DNA of 64,000 bases from Dehalococcoidia bacterium (GCA_046545575.1 JBKGZM010000004.1:2521-66520), one strand, 5' to 3'. Counted from the stretch's first letter, positions 28,653 to 38,501 are shown. Numbers and translations are program-made. The notes: a model not told the origin generated them from the letters alone.

Positions 28653-29573
28653 ATGGCTGAATATCAGGTAATTATTGTCGGCGGCGGTCCTGCGGGAATC
28701 ACCGCAGGGCTCTACACCTCGCGGGCAGGATTTAAAAGTCTCCTGCTTGAGAGAGGTGCTTTTGGCGGACAAATGATCAACACTAGCCATGTGGAGAATT
28801 ACCCCGGCTTCGTTGAGGGAATTTCGGGGGCCGAACTGGGGATGATAATGCACCAGCAGGCCACCAAGTACGGCCTGGAGTCGAATACAAGTGAGGTAAC
28901 TACCATCAATCCCGGACCACCTCACACAGTATCAACATCTGACGGAAACATTGAAGCTGATGTTGTAGTACTTGCTCCTGGATCGGAATACCGCAGGCTC
29001 GGTGTCCCCGGCGAGGAAGAATTCAGTGGCCGAGGGGTTTCCTACTGCGCAACGTGTGATGGATTCTTTTTCCGCAACAAGGTGGTAGCAGTGGTGGGAG
29101 GGGGTGATACTGCCATAACCGATGCCCTGGAGTTAACTCAACACGCCAGCATGGTATACGTCATTCACCGCCGCGATCAGCTACGAGCAAGCCAGGTTCT
29201 TCAACACCGTGCTTTCAATGAACCCAAACTTGAGTGCGTATGGGACTCGGTCGTGGAGGAAATCGTAGGCGATAACCTGGTGCAAGAACTCAAACTAAGG
29301 AACATTAAAACAAATGAGGTCTCCAGTTTGCAGGTGAACGGGGTATTTGTGGCAATAGGAATCATACCCAATACCCAGTCCTTTGCCGGAGCTGTGGAAC
29401 TCGACAGTACAGGGGCCATAAAAACAGATGAAGCTATGGCGACCTCTGTCCCGGGGATCTTCGCCGCTGGCGATGCACGGAGCGACTCACCACGCCAGAT
29501 CGCAACCGCGGTCGGCGATGGGGCAACCGCAGCCAACTCCGTCATGAAGTATCTCCAGGAAAAAGGCCGATAA
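28653..29573 (+). CDS. trxB: thioredoxin-disulfide reductase
   Basis: GGGPAG, SYCATCDG, GGGDTA, HRRD and AAGD motifs. Confidence 0.95.
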   Translation: MAEYQVIIVGGGPAGITAGLYTSRAGFKSLLLERGAFGGQMINTSHVENYPGFVEGISGAELGMIMHQQATKYGLESNTSEVTTINPGPPHTVSTSDGNIEADVVVLAPGSEYRRLGVPGEEEFSGRGVSYCATCDGFFFRNKVVAVVGGGDTAITDALELTQHASMVYVIHRRDQLRASQVLQHRAFNEPKLECVWDSVVEEIVGDNLVQELKLRNIKTNEVSSLQVNGVFVAIGIIPNTQSFAGAVELDSTGAIKTDEAMATSVPGIFAAGDARSDSPRQIATAVGDGATAANSVMKYLQEKGR

Positions 29574-29634
29574 AGCAAAAGCGCCCTCGGGCTTATACAT
29601 CTGGTAAGGAGGCAGGACTGAAGCAGGTGCAGGA

Positions 29635-30393
29635 TTGGACAGCATTTATGTAGCTCCACTCCTCTTTTTCTTCATCCCTTTCCTATTTTCTATGTTGGGT
29701 ATGGGTGGTGCTCAGGTATATGTCCCAATACTATTCTGGCTGGGAATGGATCTCAAAACAGAGGCAATTCCCTTAGCTCTTCTTCTTAATGTGGTTAGTA
29801 CCGCATCAGCTTCTGTCACATATCTCAGCAGGCATCTTGTGGAATGGAAGATCGCGCTGGTACTTGGCGGATCCATGGCAATATTCGCTCCTGTAGGAGC
29901 CCGAATAAATGTAGGACTATCCACAACGCAAATTCTCCTGTTCTTCGCATTATTTACCATAGCCGCAGCAGCGCTTATGATTTCCGGATGGCAACCAAAG
30001 GGAGAAAAACTGACTAAAGGCAAGCTCATGACCCTTTCGATTCCAGCGGGCGGGATATTGGGATTCATAGTTGGACTTCTTGGTCGCGGTGGAGGGGCCT
30101 TCGTCGTGCCCACACTCCACATTGGAGGCATCGAGGCTAAAAGAGCTGCCGCTACCTCAGTCCTGGCGATTACGGTAGCGGCACTCAGCGGCTTCCTGGC
30201 CCATCTTGCTATGGCAGCCAGGCCGGAGTGGATCGTCTGGGCATTGTGCGTAGTTGCCGTCATCGCAGGCAGCCAGGCAGGATCACGTACAATGGCGGGG
30301 AGGTTACAGTCCAGGTCGATACGGCTGATGTTTGGCATAGTATTGGTTTGCATTGCGTTAGCTCTGATAGTTCACGATGTTATACTCGCATAA
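29635..30393 (+). CDS. TauE/SafE-family (TSUP) exporter
   Basis: Two repeats of GxGG...VP (MLGMGGAQVYVP; LLGRGGGAFVVP); multi-TM. Confidence 0.85.
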   Translation: MDSIYVAPLLFFFIPFLFSMLGMGGAQVYVPILFWLGMDLKTEAIPLALLLNVVSTASASVTYLSRHLVEWKIALVLGGSMAIFAPVGARINVGLSTTQILLFFALFTIAAAALMISGWQPKGEKLTKGKLMTLSIPAGGILGFIVGLLGRGGGAFVVPTLHIGGIEAKRAAATSVLAITVAALSGFLAHLAMAARPEWIVWALCVVAVIAGSQAGSRTMAGRLQSRSIRLMFGIVLVCIALALIVHDVILA

Positions 30394-30419
30394 GGTTTGA
30401 GCATGAAAGGGAGGAATCG

Positions 30420-31202
30420 ATGAAAATAGCTACTTCGGGGAAGGGAGGGGTGGGTAAAACCACTCTGGCCAGCCTGATGGCAATGGCATACGCCGATGCA
30501 GGCTACAACGTAATAGCGATAGATGCCAACCCGGACGCCAATCTGGCTCTGGCTCTGGGTATATCTCCAGAGGAAGCTGACAGCATAACTCCTATAATCG
30601 AGCTGCAGGACCTCATTTACGAAAGGACCGGAGCCCAGCCCGGGACCATCGGGGGTAGCTTCAAGCTTAATCCCGAGGTAAGCGACATCCCGGACCGCTT
30701 TTCAATCCAACGCAACGGTATAAAGCTACTGGTAATGGGTACTGTCAAAGGACCACTTGCCGGCTGCGTCTGCCCTGAAAGCGCAGTGCTCAAGGCATTG
30801 CTAATGCATCTTGTTCTGCGTCGTGATGAGGTAGTGATTCTGGACATGGATGCAGGGGTAGAACACCTGGGCAGAGGCACAGCCCAGGGTGTGGATGCAT
30901 TTTTGATCGTGGTGGAGCCAGGACAAAGAAGTCTGCAAACCGCCAGGTCGGTCAAGAAACTGGCAGAAGGGCTCAACATCCATCACTGCTACGCTGTCGG
31001 CTGCAAGACACGGAACGAATCCGAGCGTCAGTTTATCAAGGATAATCTTCCCGGATTCCCTATATTGGGGTTCCTGGACTACAATGAGGATATCATTAAA
31101 GCCGACGCTGAAGGACTCAACGTGTATGAAAGAGTTCCACAGGCAGTAACCAGCATACAGGAAATAAAGCAGGAAATGGAAAGGTTATTATCCCAAAAAT
31201 GA
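30420..31202 (+). CDS. cooC: CooC/AcsF nickel-insertion ATPase
   Basis: SGKGGVGKT, GCVCPE, DMDAGVEHLGRG; start ATG 30420. Confidence 0.88.
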   Translation: MKIATSGKGGVGKTTLASLMAMAYADAGYNVIAIDANPDANLALALGISPEEADSITPIIELQDLIYERTGAQPGTIGGSFKLNPEVSDIPDRFSIQRNGIKLLVMGTVKGPLAGCVCPESAVLKALLMHLVLRRDEVVILDMDAGVEHLGRGTAQGVDAFLIVVEPGQRSLQTARSVKKLAEGLNIHHCYAVGCKTRNESERQFIKDNLPGFPILGFLDYNEDIIKADAEGLNVYERVPQAVTSIQEIKQEMERLLSQK

Positions 31203-31714
31203 TGGAGGCCGTATGCTTTGACCTGGGAGATACTTTGATCGCCGAAGAAAGCGTTGTCCACAACATGCAGGGGAAAGCAGTCGCCGCTGACATTGTGGAA
31301 GGCGTGCCCGAGGTTTTACAAGCTGTAAGAGACCGGGGATTCAAAACTGCTATAATTGCAAATGCGGACAGCACGAGTGGCAGAAACGTTATTGACCATT
31401 GCGAATTGGGCGGCTATTTCGACATCATCGTAATCTCCGGGGAAATAGGATCGGAAAAGCCGGCCAGGGAGATATTTCAGTTCGCATTGGATGAGCTGGC
31501 GGTAAAAGCAAACGACGCAATTATGGTAGGAAACAGAATTGATGTGGACATCGTCGGGGCAAACAGGATAGGAATGAAAACCGTGTGGTTCAAATGGAAC
31601 GACCGCTACGAGTATTCAATTGACCCCGAAGAGGCAAAACCCAACTTTACGATAAGCAATATGCCCGAATTGTTGGGCATATTAGATTTAATAATGAAAA
31701 AGGAGGAAGTATGA
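31199..31714 (+). CDS. HAD-family hydrolase
   Basis: FDLGDTL, EKP and VGNRIDVDI motifs. Confidence 0.85.
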   Translation: MMEAVCFDLGDTLIAEESVVHNMQGKAVAADIVEGVPEVLQAVRDRGFKTAIIANADSTSGRNVIDHCELGGYFDIIVISGEIGSEKPAREIFQFALDELAVKANDAIMVGNRIDVDIVGANRIGMKTVWFKWNDRYEYSIDPEEAKPNFTISNMPELLGILDLIMKKEEV

Positions 31715-32238
31715 GCGAAGTAGTGGAAGTCACCGATCAGACCTTTGAAGAAGAGGTCTTGAAATCTGACGTCCCAACTGAGGTGGATTTCTGGGCACCC
31801 TGGTGTGGACCATGCAGAATGGTATCACCAATCTACGACAAACTCGCAGGTGAATATCAGAATTTCAAGTTCTGCAAGATTAACGTCGACGAGAACCCCC
31901 AGACAGCGATGAAGTATCAGATCATGAGTATCCCCATGCAGATGTTCTTTGCGGGCGGAGAAAAGGTTGACGAAATCCTCGGCGCTGTCCCCGAACAAAC
32001 GATTCGTTCAAAGGTCGACGAGATTCTCCAGAGATACCCGACAGATGAAACGGGTAAGCTCAAATCCATCCTCTCATCATGGGTTGATCATAACACCCAG
32101 GACAGCGAGAAATTTAAAAAATGGACTCAAGAAGCACAAGAGATGAAAGATGGAGAGATCTATAACAAGATTGTGCAGGCTGCCCAAGAGATAGAAGAGG
32201 CAAACGGTAAGCTTTCTCAGGTTCTGAAGGAACTATAA
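31711..32238 (+). CDS. trxA: thioredoxin with C-terminal helical extension
   Basis: DFWAPWCGPC plus an extra ~65-aa helical domain. Confidence 0.88.
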   Translation: MSEVVEVTDQTFEEEVLKSDVPTEVDFWAPWCGPCRMVSPIYDKLAGEYQNFKFCKINVDENPQTAMKYQIMSIPMQMFFAGGEKVDEILGAVPEQTIRSKVDEILQRYPTDETGKLKSILSSWVDHNTQDSEKFKKWTQEAQEMKDGEIYNKIVQAAQEIEEANGKLSQVLKEL

Positions 32239-32308
32239 CTTAACACCTGCGGTTCGACGAAAATATGAATCGATAAAATAAAGCCCAGCATCGCAAGGCA
32301 GGAAAACG

Positions 32309-33130
32309 ATGGCTGATTTTGAAGATAGGGAGATCAGGGTCAACAACCTGAGACTTTGCTATCTGGACTGGGAGAACTATAGCGCAAGACCGGTAGTGCT
32401 GCTCCACGGATTGTGGGGTTATGCCCACTACTGGGATTTCTTCGCCAAAAGTATGAGTTCTGAATACCATATCATAGCCCTCGATCAGAGAGGCCACGGA
32501 GACAGTGACCGGGCGGAAAGCTATAGCATCAAAGACTACCTCCATGACCTTGAGGCCTTCAGCAACGAATTAGGGCTGGATAAAATTCTCCTCATCGGCC
32601 ACTCGATGGCAGGAATTACTGGGGTGCTCTACGCCGCACGCAATCCCGAGAAGGTGGCAAAACTCATAATAGTGGACATCGGCCCTGAACTCTCTCCTAC
32701 CGGGACGGAAAGGATGCAGAAGGAAATCGAAAGCAAGCCCGAGAGCTTCAGGGACGAGAATGAAGTTGCTCAATTCCTTAGATATCGCGACCCTCTGCAA
32801 TCACAGGAAGTCATTGAACACCATCTAAGGCATTCCCTCACGCGGAATGAAACCGGGAACTTGATATTCAAACATGATAAAGCGCTGGACAAGCCCAACC
32901 TGCAATCGCCGGAGTTCCTGTGGGACCAACTCCACAAACTAACCTGTTCCACCCTCCTGGTCCACGGAGTGGAGAGCGATTTCCTGACCGATGAAACAGC
33001 TCAGGCGATGATCGAGGCGATGCCCAATGGAGCGCTCGTTAATATAGATGGTGCCGGGCATGATGCCCCTCTGGATAATCCCGGGGGATTTGAGTCCGCA
33101 GTCCGTGATTTTCTACAAAGGACAGACTGA
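32309..33130 (+). CDS. alpha/beta hydrolase
   Basis: LLHG, DQRGHG, GHSMAG nucleophile elbow, GAGH. Confidence 0.9.
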   Translation: MADFEDREIRVNNLRLCYLDWENYSARPVVLLHGLWGYAHYWDFFAKSMSSEYHIIALDQRGHGDSDRAESYSIKDYLHDLEAFSNELGLDKILLIGHSMAGITGVLYAARNPEKVAKLIIVDIGPELSPTGTERMQKEIESKPESFRDENEVAQFLRYRDPLQSQEVIEHHLRHSLTRNETGNLIFKHDKALDKPNLQSPEFLWDQLHKLTCSTLLVHGVESDFLTDETAQAMIEAMPNGALVNIDGAGHDAPLDNPGGFESAVRDFLQRTD

Positions 33131-33576
33131 TGGGTGTGACTTCGCAAGAACAAATCAATATTCACGACATCGAAGAAGCTCAAACCGAGCAAGTCCGGGA
33201 GTATCTGGACAGTCCCAAAAACGTGGAGATAATGCTGGACTATGATGGTGAAGGAGAGATAAGCGCCTCATCCAAGGCATGGAGGGCCACGCTCTGGATA
33301 TACGTCAAGGTCAGAAACGGGAAAATCTGGAAAGCGTCCTGGTTCGCCACAACTATGGGAGGTCTCATCTCCGCCTATGGCAGCGCCCTTACCGAGATGG
33401 TCAAGGGGAAGACCATCCAACAGGCCCTGGCAATTCAGCCCAAAGATATCTCCGGGGCTCTTGGTTTGCCCGAAACGGGGTTTGGCGCATGGTTTAAAAG
33501 AGGACTCGTTGAGGCAATCAATAACTACAACGCATACAAGCTATCCCCCTGGAAAAGGACATATGAACCACGGTAA
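33130..33576 (+). CDS. IscU/NifU-N-like protein lacking cysteines
   Basis: EYLDSPKN, IYVKVRNGKI, SALTEMVKGKTIQQALAI, LGLP and EAINNY follow the NifU_N pattern; the protein has no Cys. Confidence 0.7.
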   Translation: MGVTSQEQINIHDIEEAQTEQVREYLDSPKNVEIMLDYDGEGEISASSKAWRATLWIYVKVRNGKIWKASWFATTMGGLISAYGSALTEMVKGKTIQQALAIQPKDISGALGLPETGFGAWFKRGLVEAINNYNAYKLSPWKRTYEPR

Positions 33577-33589
33577 TAGAGGTGAGAAA

Positions 33590-34267
33590 ATGGAATACAT
33601 TACTCCAGCACAGATGAAGGAGATAGACCGACGAACACAGGAGGAATTCGGCATCCCCGATACAATCCTCATGGAAAACGCTGGAAGAGCCGTTTTCCAG
33701 AAGGCGATAGAAATGCTCTCCAAACAGAGCGACAAAAGAGCAATAGTGGTCTGCGGTAGCGGCAACAATGGAGGCGATGCTTTCGTTGTCGCCAGGCATC
33801 TGATGAATCATGGAATCGATGTTGACACCCTCCTTCTGGTGCCGGTCGAGAAGCTCCGGGGAGAAGCGAAAGCCAATTATGACCGCGCCCGAAAGATCGC
33901 TCAGACAATCGGAAAGGATATCGAGGTGATGAACGAGGCGAATCTGGATTCGTTCAAGGAGAAGCTGGAGTCCACAAAAGGGGGGCTGATTGTCGACGGG
34001 ATATTCGGCACAGGCCTGGGGCGGGACGTAACAGAACCACAACGAACCATTATTCAACTGATAAACGACTCCCGGAAACCGGTCCTGGCAGTGGATGTCC
34101 CTTCAGGTCTGGATGCCACCGAAGGGAAGGTCCTGGGAATTTGCGTTCAAGCCAATGCAACGGTAACGTTTGCGAAGCCAAAAACAGGCTTCCCCGGAAA
34201 TGAAAATTACACCGGAGAAGTCATTGTCGCTGATATATCAACACCTAAGGTGCTTTTGGAGGAATAA
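33590..34267 (+). CDS. nnrE: NAD(P)H-hydrate epimerase
   Basis: LMENAG, GSGNNGGD, DGIFGTG, VDVPSG; start ATG 33590. Confidence 0.92.
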   Translation: MEYITPAQMKEIDRRTQEEFGIPDTILMENAGRAVFQKAIEMLSKQSDKRAIVVCGSGNNGGDAFVVARHLMNHGIDVDTLLLVPVEKLRGEAKANYDRARKIAQTIGKDIEVMNEANLDSFKEKLESTKGGLIVDGIFGTGLGRDVTEPQRTIIQLINDSRKPVLAVDVPSGLDATEGKVLGICVQANATVTFAKPKTGFPGNENYTGEVIVADISTPKVLLEE

Positions 34268-34268
34268 A

Positions 34269-35048
34269 ATGAGCTGGAAAATCGTTTCTACAGGAAGAGG
34301 AGGAACGGGAAAGACTACCTTTACGGCCTTGATTACGAGATATCTGTCTCCGCCGCTTCTCCTGATCGACATCGACCCTGACCAGAACCTGGCGGATATG
34401 CTGGGAATCGAGTTGGAAAAACAGAAGGTAAGGACCGTCTCAGATGCTCTTTACGATATCCAGATGAACACTGGATACGAGGAGCTAAGCTCAATGCCCT
34501 TGCCAGATAAGGTTAGCTACCTCCTGCAGAGGGAGTGCTTATACGAAGGTGATAACTTCGATCTTGTCACCCTGGGAGCCAAATGGACAGAAGGGTGTTA
34601 CTGCGCTCCAGATGACCTGCTCAGAGCTACCATCCCCAGCCTGGCCAAAAACTATACAACCGTACTCATGGATTCCCCGGCCGGGTTGGAACACCTGAAC
34701 CGCAAAGTGATCTCGGACATCGACGACCTCTTCGTCCTGTCTGACCCTTCCGCCAAGTCTGTAAAACATGTAAAAAGAATCAAGAACATTACCCGGGAGA
34801 TAAAGATCATATACCGCCATTTCTATGTCGTTGGGAACTATGAGTTCGACTCGGAGACGGAACAATACCTGCGCGACTCAGGCGAAACCTACCTCGGTAA
34901 ACTGGATTATGATGCCCAGGTAAAAGAATACAACCTGAAAGGGAAGTCGCTGCTGGACTTGGCCGAGGATTCTCCTGCATGCGTATCGGTTAGAAACATA
35001 CTGGAGAAAGCAGGCTATAAGATAGAAGGTGTTAAGGTAGGAGGATAA
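34269..35048 (+). CDS. CooC-like ATPase (second paralogue)
   Basis: TGRGGTGKT, DIDPD, EGCYC, DSPAGLEHLNR; start ATG 34269. Confidence 0.85.
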   Translation: MSWKIVSTGRGGTGKTTFTALITRYLSPPLLLIDIDPDQNLADMLGIELEKQKVRTVSDALYDIQMNTGYEELSSMPLPDKVSYLLQRECLYEGDNFDLVTLGAKWTEGCYCAPDDLLRATIPSLAKNYTTVLMDSPAGLEHLNRKVISDIDDLFVLSDPSAKSVKHVKRIKNITREIKIIYRHFYVVGNYEFDSETEQYLRDSGETYLGKLDYDAQVKEYNLKGKSLLDLAEDSPACVSVRNILEKAGYKIEGVKVGG

Positions 35049-35054
35049 GCAGAT

Positions 35055-35552
35055 ATGGCACTGTTATCTATACGGCACCTTCCCGACCCTGTCCTGAGAG
35101 AGAAGGCTAAGAAGATATCAAACATCGATGGTAAGATCCAGAAACTCATCGATGATATGATAGAGACCATGCAGCAGGCAAACGGGGTAGGATTGGCAGC
35201 GCCCCAGGTTGGCGTCTCTTTGCGCCTCGCAGTTCTGCAAATGCCCGGGGAAGAGCCCTTCGCCATCATTAACCCCGAGATAGTTAAACGCTCCGGAGAG
35301 CAGGAAGTTGTGGAAGGATGCCTTAGCGTTCCCGGATATGCCGGGGAGATAAAGCGTCCGGCCTCGGTGACAGTGAAAGGACTCGACCGGCATGGTAAAT
35401 CTATCAGAATCAAAGCCTCCGATCTGCTCGCCGAGGCCCTGGAGCATGAGATCGACCATCTCAACGGCAACCTGTACATCGACCACGTAGAGAGCAACGA
35501 CAAGCTGTACAAAACTGAGCAGAGCAGTGAGGGTGAGCATCACTCCATATGA
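35055..35552 (+). CDS. def: peptide deformylase
   Basis: GVGLAAPQ, EGCLS and HEIDHL motifs. Confidence 0.96.
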   Translation: MALLSIRHLPDPVLREKAKKISNIDGKIQKLIDDMIETMQQANGVGLAAPQVGVSLRLAVLQMPGEEPFAIINPEIVKRSGEQEVVEGCLSVPGYAGEIKRPASVTVKGLDRHGKSIRIKASDLLAEALEHEIDHLNGNLYIDHVESNDKLYKTEQSSEGEHHSI

Positions 35553-36073
35553 AGGTCGCTCTACACATATGTTGTGGGGTTTGCGCAGCCAGCGTGGTAG
35601 AAAGGCTGGTTGAGGAAGGCCATCAGGTTGTTGGGTTCTTCTATAATCCCAACATCCATCCGGCGGAGGAGTATGAAAGAAGGCTGGATGCCACCCGTAA
35701 GGTGTCACAGGAACTGGATTTCCCTCTGGAAACAGGCCACTATACTCCGAGGGAGTGGTTCGCACAGACCAAAGGCCTGGAGCACGAACCCGAAGGAGGA
35801 AAAAGATGTGAGGTCTGCTTTCGGATGAGATTGGCAGAGACTTACCAGTTCATGAACGATATCGGAGCGGATGCATTCTCCACCACTTTAACAGTCAGTC
35901 CCCATAAATCCGCGGAAACCGTCAATGCTATCGGATATGAGATTGGAGGAGATACGTTCCTGGCCAGAGACTTCAAAAAGAAAGATGGCTTCAAGCGCGC
36001 CAAGGAGCTGGCAAGGGAGTGGAACCTTTACAGGCAAAACTACTGTGGCTGCATCTACAGCATGAGGGAATAA
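35549..36073 (+). CDS. queH: epoxyqueuosine reductase QueH
   Basis: LHICCGVC, FYNPNIHP, CEVC and YRQNYCGC motifs. Confidence 0.92.
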   Translation: MKVALHICCGVCAASVVERLVEEGHQVVGFFYNPNIHPAEEYERRLDATRKVSQELDFPLETGHYTPREWFAQTKGLEHEPEGGKRCEVCFRMRLAETYQFMNDIGADAFSTTLTVSPHKSAETVNAIGYEIGGDTFLARDFKKKDGFKRAKELAREWNLYRQNYCGCIYSMRE

Positions 36074-36130
36074 GCATTCGGCAATAGTCATTCCTGGCCT
36101 TATCCGGCGCCAAGCTGAAAAGGAGGAAAT

Positions 36131-36967
36131 ATGGAGATCAAAATAACGACCCTAAGCGAGAACACCGCAAATACCGATAGGATGATCGCAGAGTGGGGAT
36201 TGAGTATCTTAATAGACGTAGATGGATTCCGCATCCTCTTCGATACTGGTGCCAGCTTCTCAACGGTTTACAATGCCCAACTATTAGGTGTCGATTTCTC
36301 CTCAATTGATAAAATAGTACTGAGTCACGGACATTTCGACCACGCAGGGGGGCTTCTCAATGTGATAAGGAGAAGAGGTGCCCCAATTGAAGTCATCGCC
36401 CACCCCGATATGTGGGCAGCCAAGTATGCCCTGAGACCCAACGTGCCGCAACGTTACATCGGCGTGCCATTTCAGAGAGAACAATTAGAGGCCGACGGAG
36501 CCATCTTCAACTTATCAAAGGAACCAGTGTGGATAAGAGACAATATTGTAACGACCGGGGAGGTCCCCATGGTGACCGGCTACGAGCAGATCGACCCTTT
36601 CCTTTTTGTCAAGGAAAACAATGAATTCAAGCCTGACCCACTGGCGGATGACCTGGCCATGGCAATCAACACCGAGCTTGGCCTGGTCATCATCCTGGGC
36701 TGCAGTCACCGAGGGATGATCAATATCATATATCGCCTTCAAGAGATAACCGGGCAAAAGCAGATATATTGTGTCATCGGGGGAACACATCTCATGGCTG
36801 CCACACCTGAAAGAATGGTACAGACCGTAGCAGCCCTTAAGGAAATTGACATCCAGCGATTGGGGGTTTCCCATTGCACCGGTTTTCAAGCATCGTCCTG
36901 GCTGGCTCAGGAATTCCCTGACACTTTCTTTCTCAACAACGCTGGAACCCAGCTAAGCTTGCCCTAA
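36131..36967 (+). CDS. MBL-fold metallo-hydrolase
   Basis: LFDTG, SHGHFDHAGG, GCSH, GGTH and SHCTG motifs. Confidence 0.9.
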   Translation: MEIKITTLSENTANTDRMIAEWGLSILIDVDGFRILFDTGASFSTVYNAQLLGVDFSSIDKIVLSHGHFDHAGGLLNVIRRRGAPIEVIAHPDMWAAKYALRPNVPQRYIGVPFQREQLEADGAIFNLSKEPVWIRDNIVTTGEVPMVTGYEQIDPFLFVKENNEFKPDPLADDLAMAINTELGLVIILGCSHRGMINIIYRLQEITGQKQIYCVIGGTHLMAATPERMVQTVAALKEIDIQRLGVSHCTGFQASSWLAQEFPDTFFLNNAGTQLSLP

Positions 36968-36976
36968 CAAATAAAT

Positions 36977-37001
36977 GTAGGGTGGCATTTTACATGCCGC
37001 C
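36977..37001 (+). repeat. GTAG-type REP palindrome
   Basis: GTAG-ggtggcat-tttac-atgccgcc. Confidence 0.55.
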
Positions 37002-37025
37002 AATTATGGGACGCCAAAGGAAACA

Positions 37026-37298
37026 ATGACGGAAATAGAGCTTTTCCCCAATCTCTCTAGCTGCATACATACCGTAGCCAAAAAGGAATACGAAGATGCT
37101 ATGAAGAGGCTCTTTGAATCCGATGCAGAAGAGGAAGAGCTTCAAGAAAAAGTGGAAATGCTGCGGATGTTTCTGGAATCGACTGATTCCATCAAGCTAC
37201 GTAGTGAGTACGAACCATACCTCGCTGAAGGGAAAACCGTCAAATTCACTTTGCGGTGGGCAGGAGATGGAACCGACTACTGGTGGGAGGTGGTGTAA
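37026..37298 (+). CDS. hypothetical protein
   Basis: 90-aa ORF with RBS aagga, co-oriented in the operon. Confidence 0.65.
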   Translation: MTEIELFPNLSSCIHTVAKKEYEDAMKRLFESDAEEEELQEKVEMLRMFLESTDSIKLRSEYEPYLAEGKTVKFTLRWAGDGTDYWWEVV

Positions 37299-37305
37299 TT
37301 CACAG

Positions 37306-37899
37306 ATGATACGTGTAGGTTTGACCGGAGGCATTGGCTCAGGGAAAAGCACCGTGGCCAGGATGTTCAAAGAACTAGGGGCCTACTTGATTGACTTCGA
37401 CGTGCTTTCCAGGGAAGTCGTCTATCCATATACCAAAGGATGGAATGCGATAGTTGACCGCTTCGGCCATGAAGTGCTTAATGAAGACGCAACTCTCAAC
37501 CGACAAAGACTAGGGGCAATAGTGTTCAATGATCCCGAAAAGCGTGAAATATTAAACGGTATTATCCACCCACTGGTCTTTGAAGAGGCTGACAGAAGAT
37601 TGGAAAGCATCAAGGAATCCGACCCGGATGCAATTGTGATGGAAGAGATCCCTCTCCTCATTGAAATCGGAGATCAAGACTCCTTTGACAAGGTAGTGGT
37701 TGTGTCTGTCAGCGAGGAGAAACAGCTTGAGAGATTGATATCCGCCGGATATAAAGCGGAAGAGGCTCAGGAAAGGGTCAAGGCACAACTGCCCATAAAG
37801 GAGAAGATCAAGTTTGCCGATTTCGTTATCGATAATAACGGGTCGATCGAGGAGACGAGAAATCAGGTAGAGAATGTGTTCTGGCAATTACAGATTTGA
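37306..37899 (+). CDS. coaE: dephospho-CoA kinase
   Basis: VGLTGGIGSGKSTV, IIHPLV, EIPLLIE, ADFVIDNNG; start ATG 37306. Confidence 0.95.
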   Translation: MIRVGLTGGIGSGKSTVARMFKELGAYLIDFDVLSREVVYPYTKGWNAIVDRFGHEVLNEDATLNRQRLGAIVFNDPEKREILNGIIHPLVFEEADRRLESIKESDPDAIVMEEIPLLIEIGDQDSFDKVVVVSVSEEKQLERLISAGYKAEEAQERVKAQLPIKEKIKFADFVIDNNGSIEETRNQVENVFWQLQI

Positions 37900-37959
37900 C
37901 ACCCCCTCAGGCCTTTGCTAGTATCGATTCTGGGAATCGGCAGGATTATCAGCGAATAT

Positions 37960-38035
37960 GGGGATATAGCTCAACTGGGAGAGCGCGGCGTTCGCAACGC
38001 CGAGGTTGGGGGTTCGAGCCCCCCTATCTCCACCA
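37960..38035 (+). tRNA. tRNA-Ala (CGC)
   Basis: Acceptor GGGGATA/TATCTCC with G3-U70, anticodon arm cggcg-tt-CGC-aa-cgccg, TTCGAG T-loop, encoded CCA. Confidence 0.96.
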
Positions 38036-38095
38036 ACATAGATTAGTTGTTGTTACTCACCTGCTTGAGGTAGCGGTTCTTAGAAAAACTTCACC

Positions 38096-38368
38096 TCATG
38101 GAGTCCATTCAAGCAAAGCTTTGTTGTCAAACTCTATCTCAACTGGTTGATCGAGGATCTCATCATAGAACAGATTACTGACCCTTTGAACTCTGACAAA
38201 ACCCGCAAGGGACTCCTCATGATAGGCGCCGAACGAGAGAATGCCAAGCGCCTCCAAAATATTGGACTTACCCGTGTTCGGTCCACCGATGAAAAGATTA
38301 ATTCGTCGACACGTAAAGCTGATACCCTTTATCGATTTGAAATTGCGGATACTCAGGTTGTTGATCAT
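38096..38368 (-). pseudogene. truncated AAA_15/AAA_21-type ATPase (N-terminal fragment)
   Basis: MINNLSIRNFKSI...IGGPNTGKSNILEAL Walker A; ends after 90 aa with no Walker B. Confidence 0.75.
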
Positions 38369-38501
38369 CTGCAGCCACCTCCCTTATCACAGCTCTACAC
38401 TGCTCAGCCTGTTAGTTGCCCCCATTATACCAAGCATCATATACTTAGTCTACTGATAATAGTTATACTTACAAAAGAAACACGGACCAACGCTCTACTA
38501 T

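Noticed and set aside
37896-38150. ORFs overlapping the tRNA genes (also 40911-41102)
   Set aside because: They are translations of tRNA sequence.
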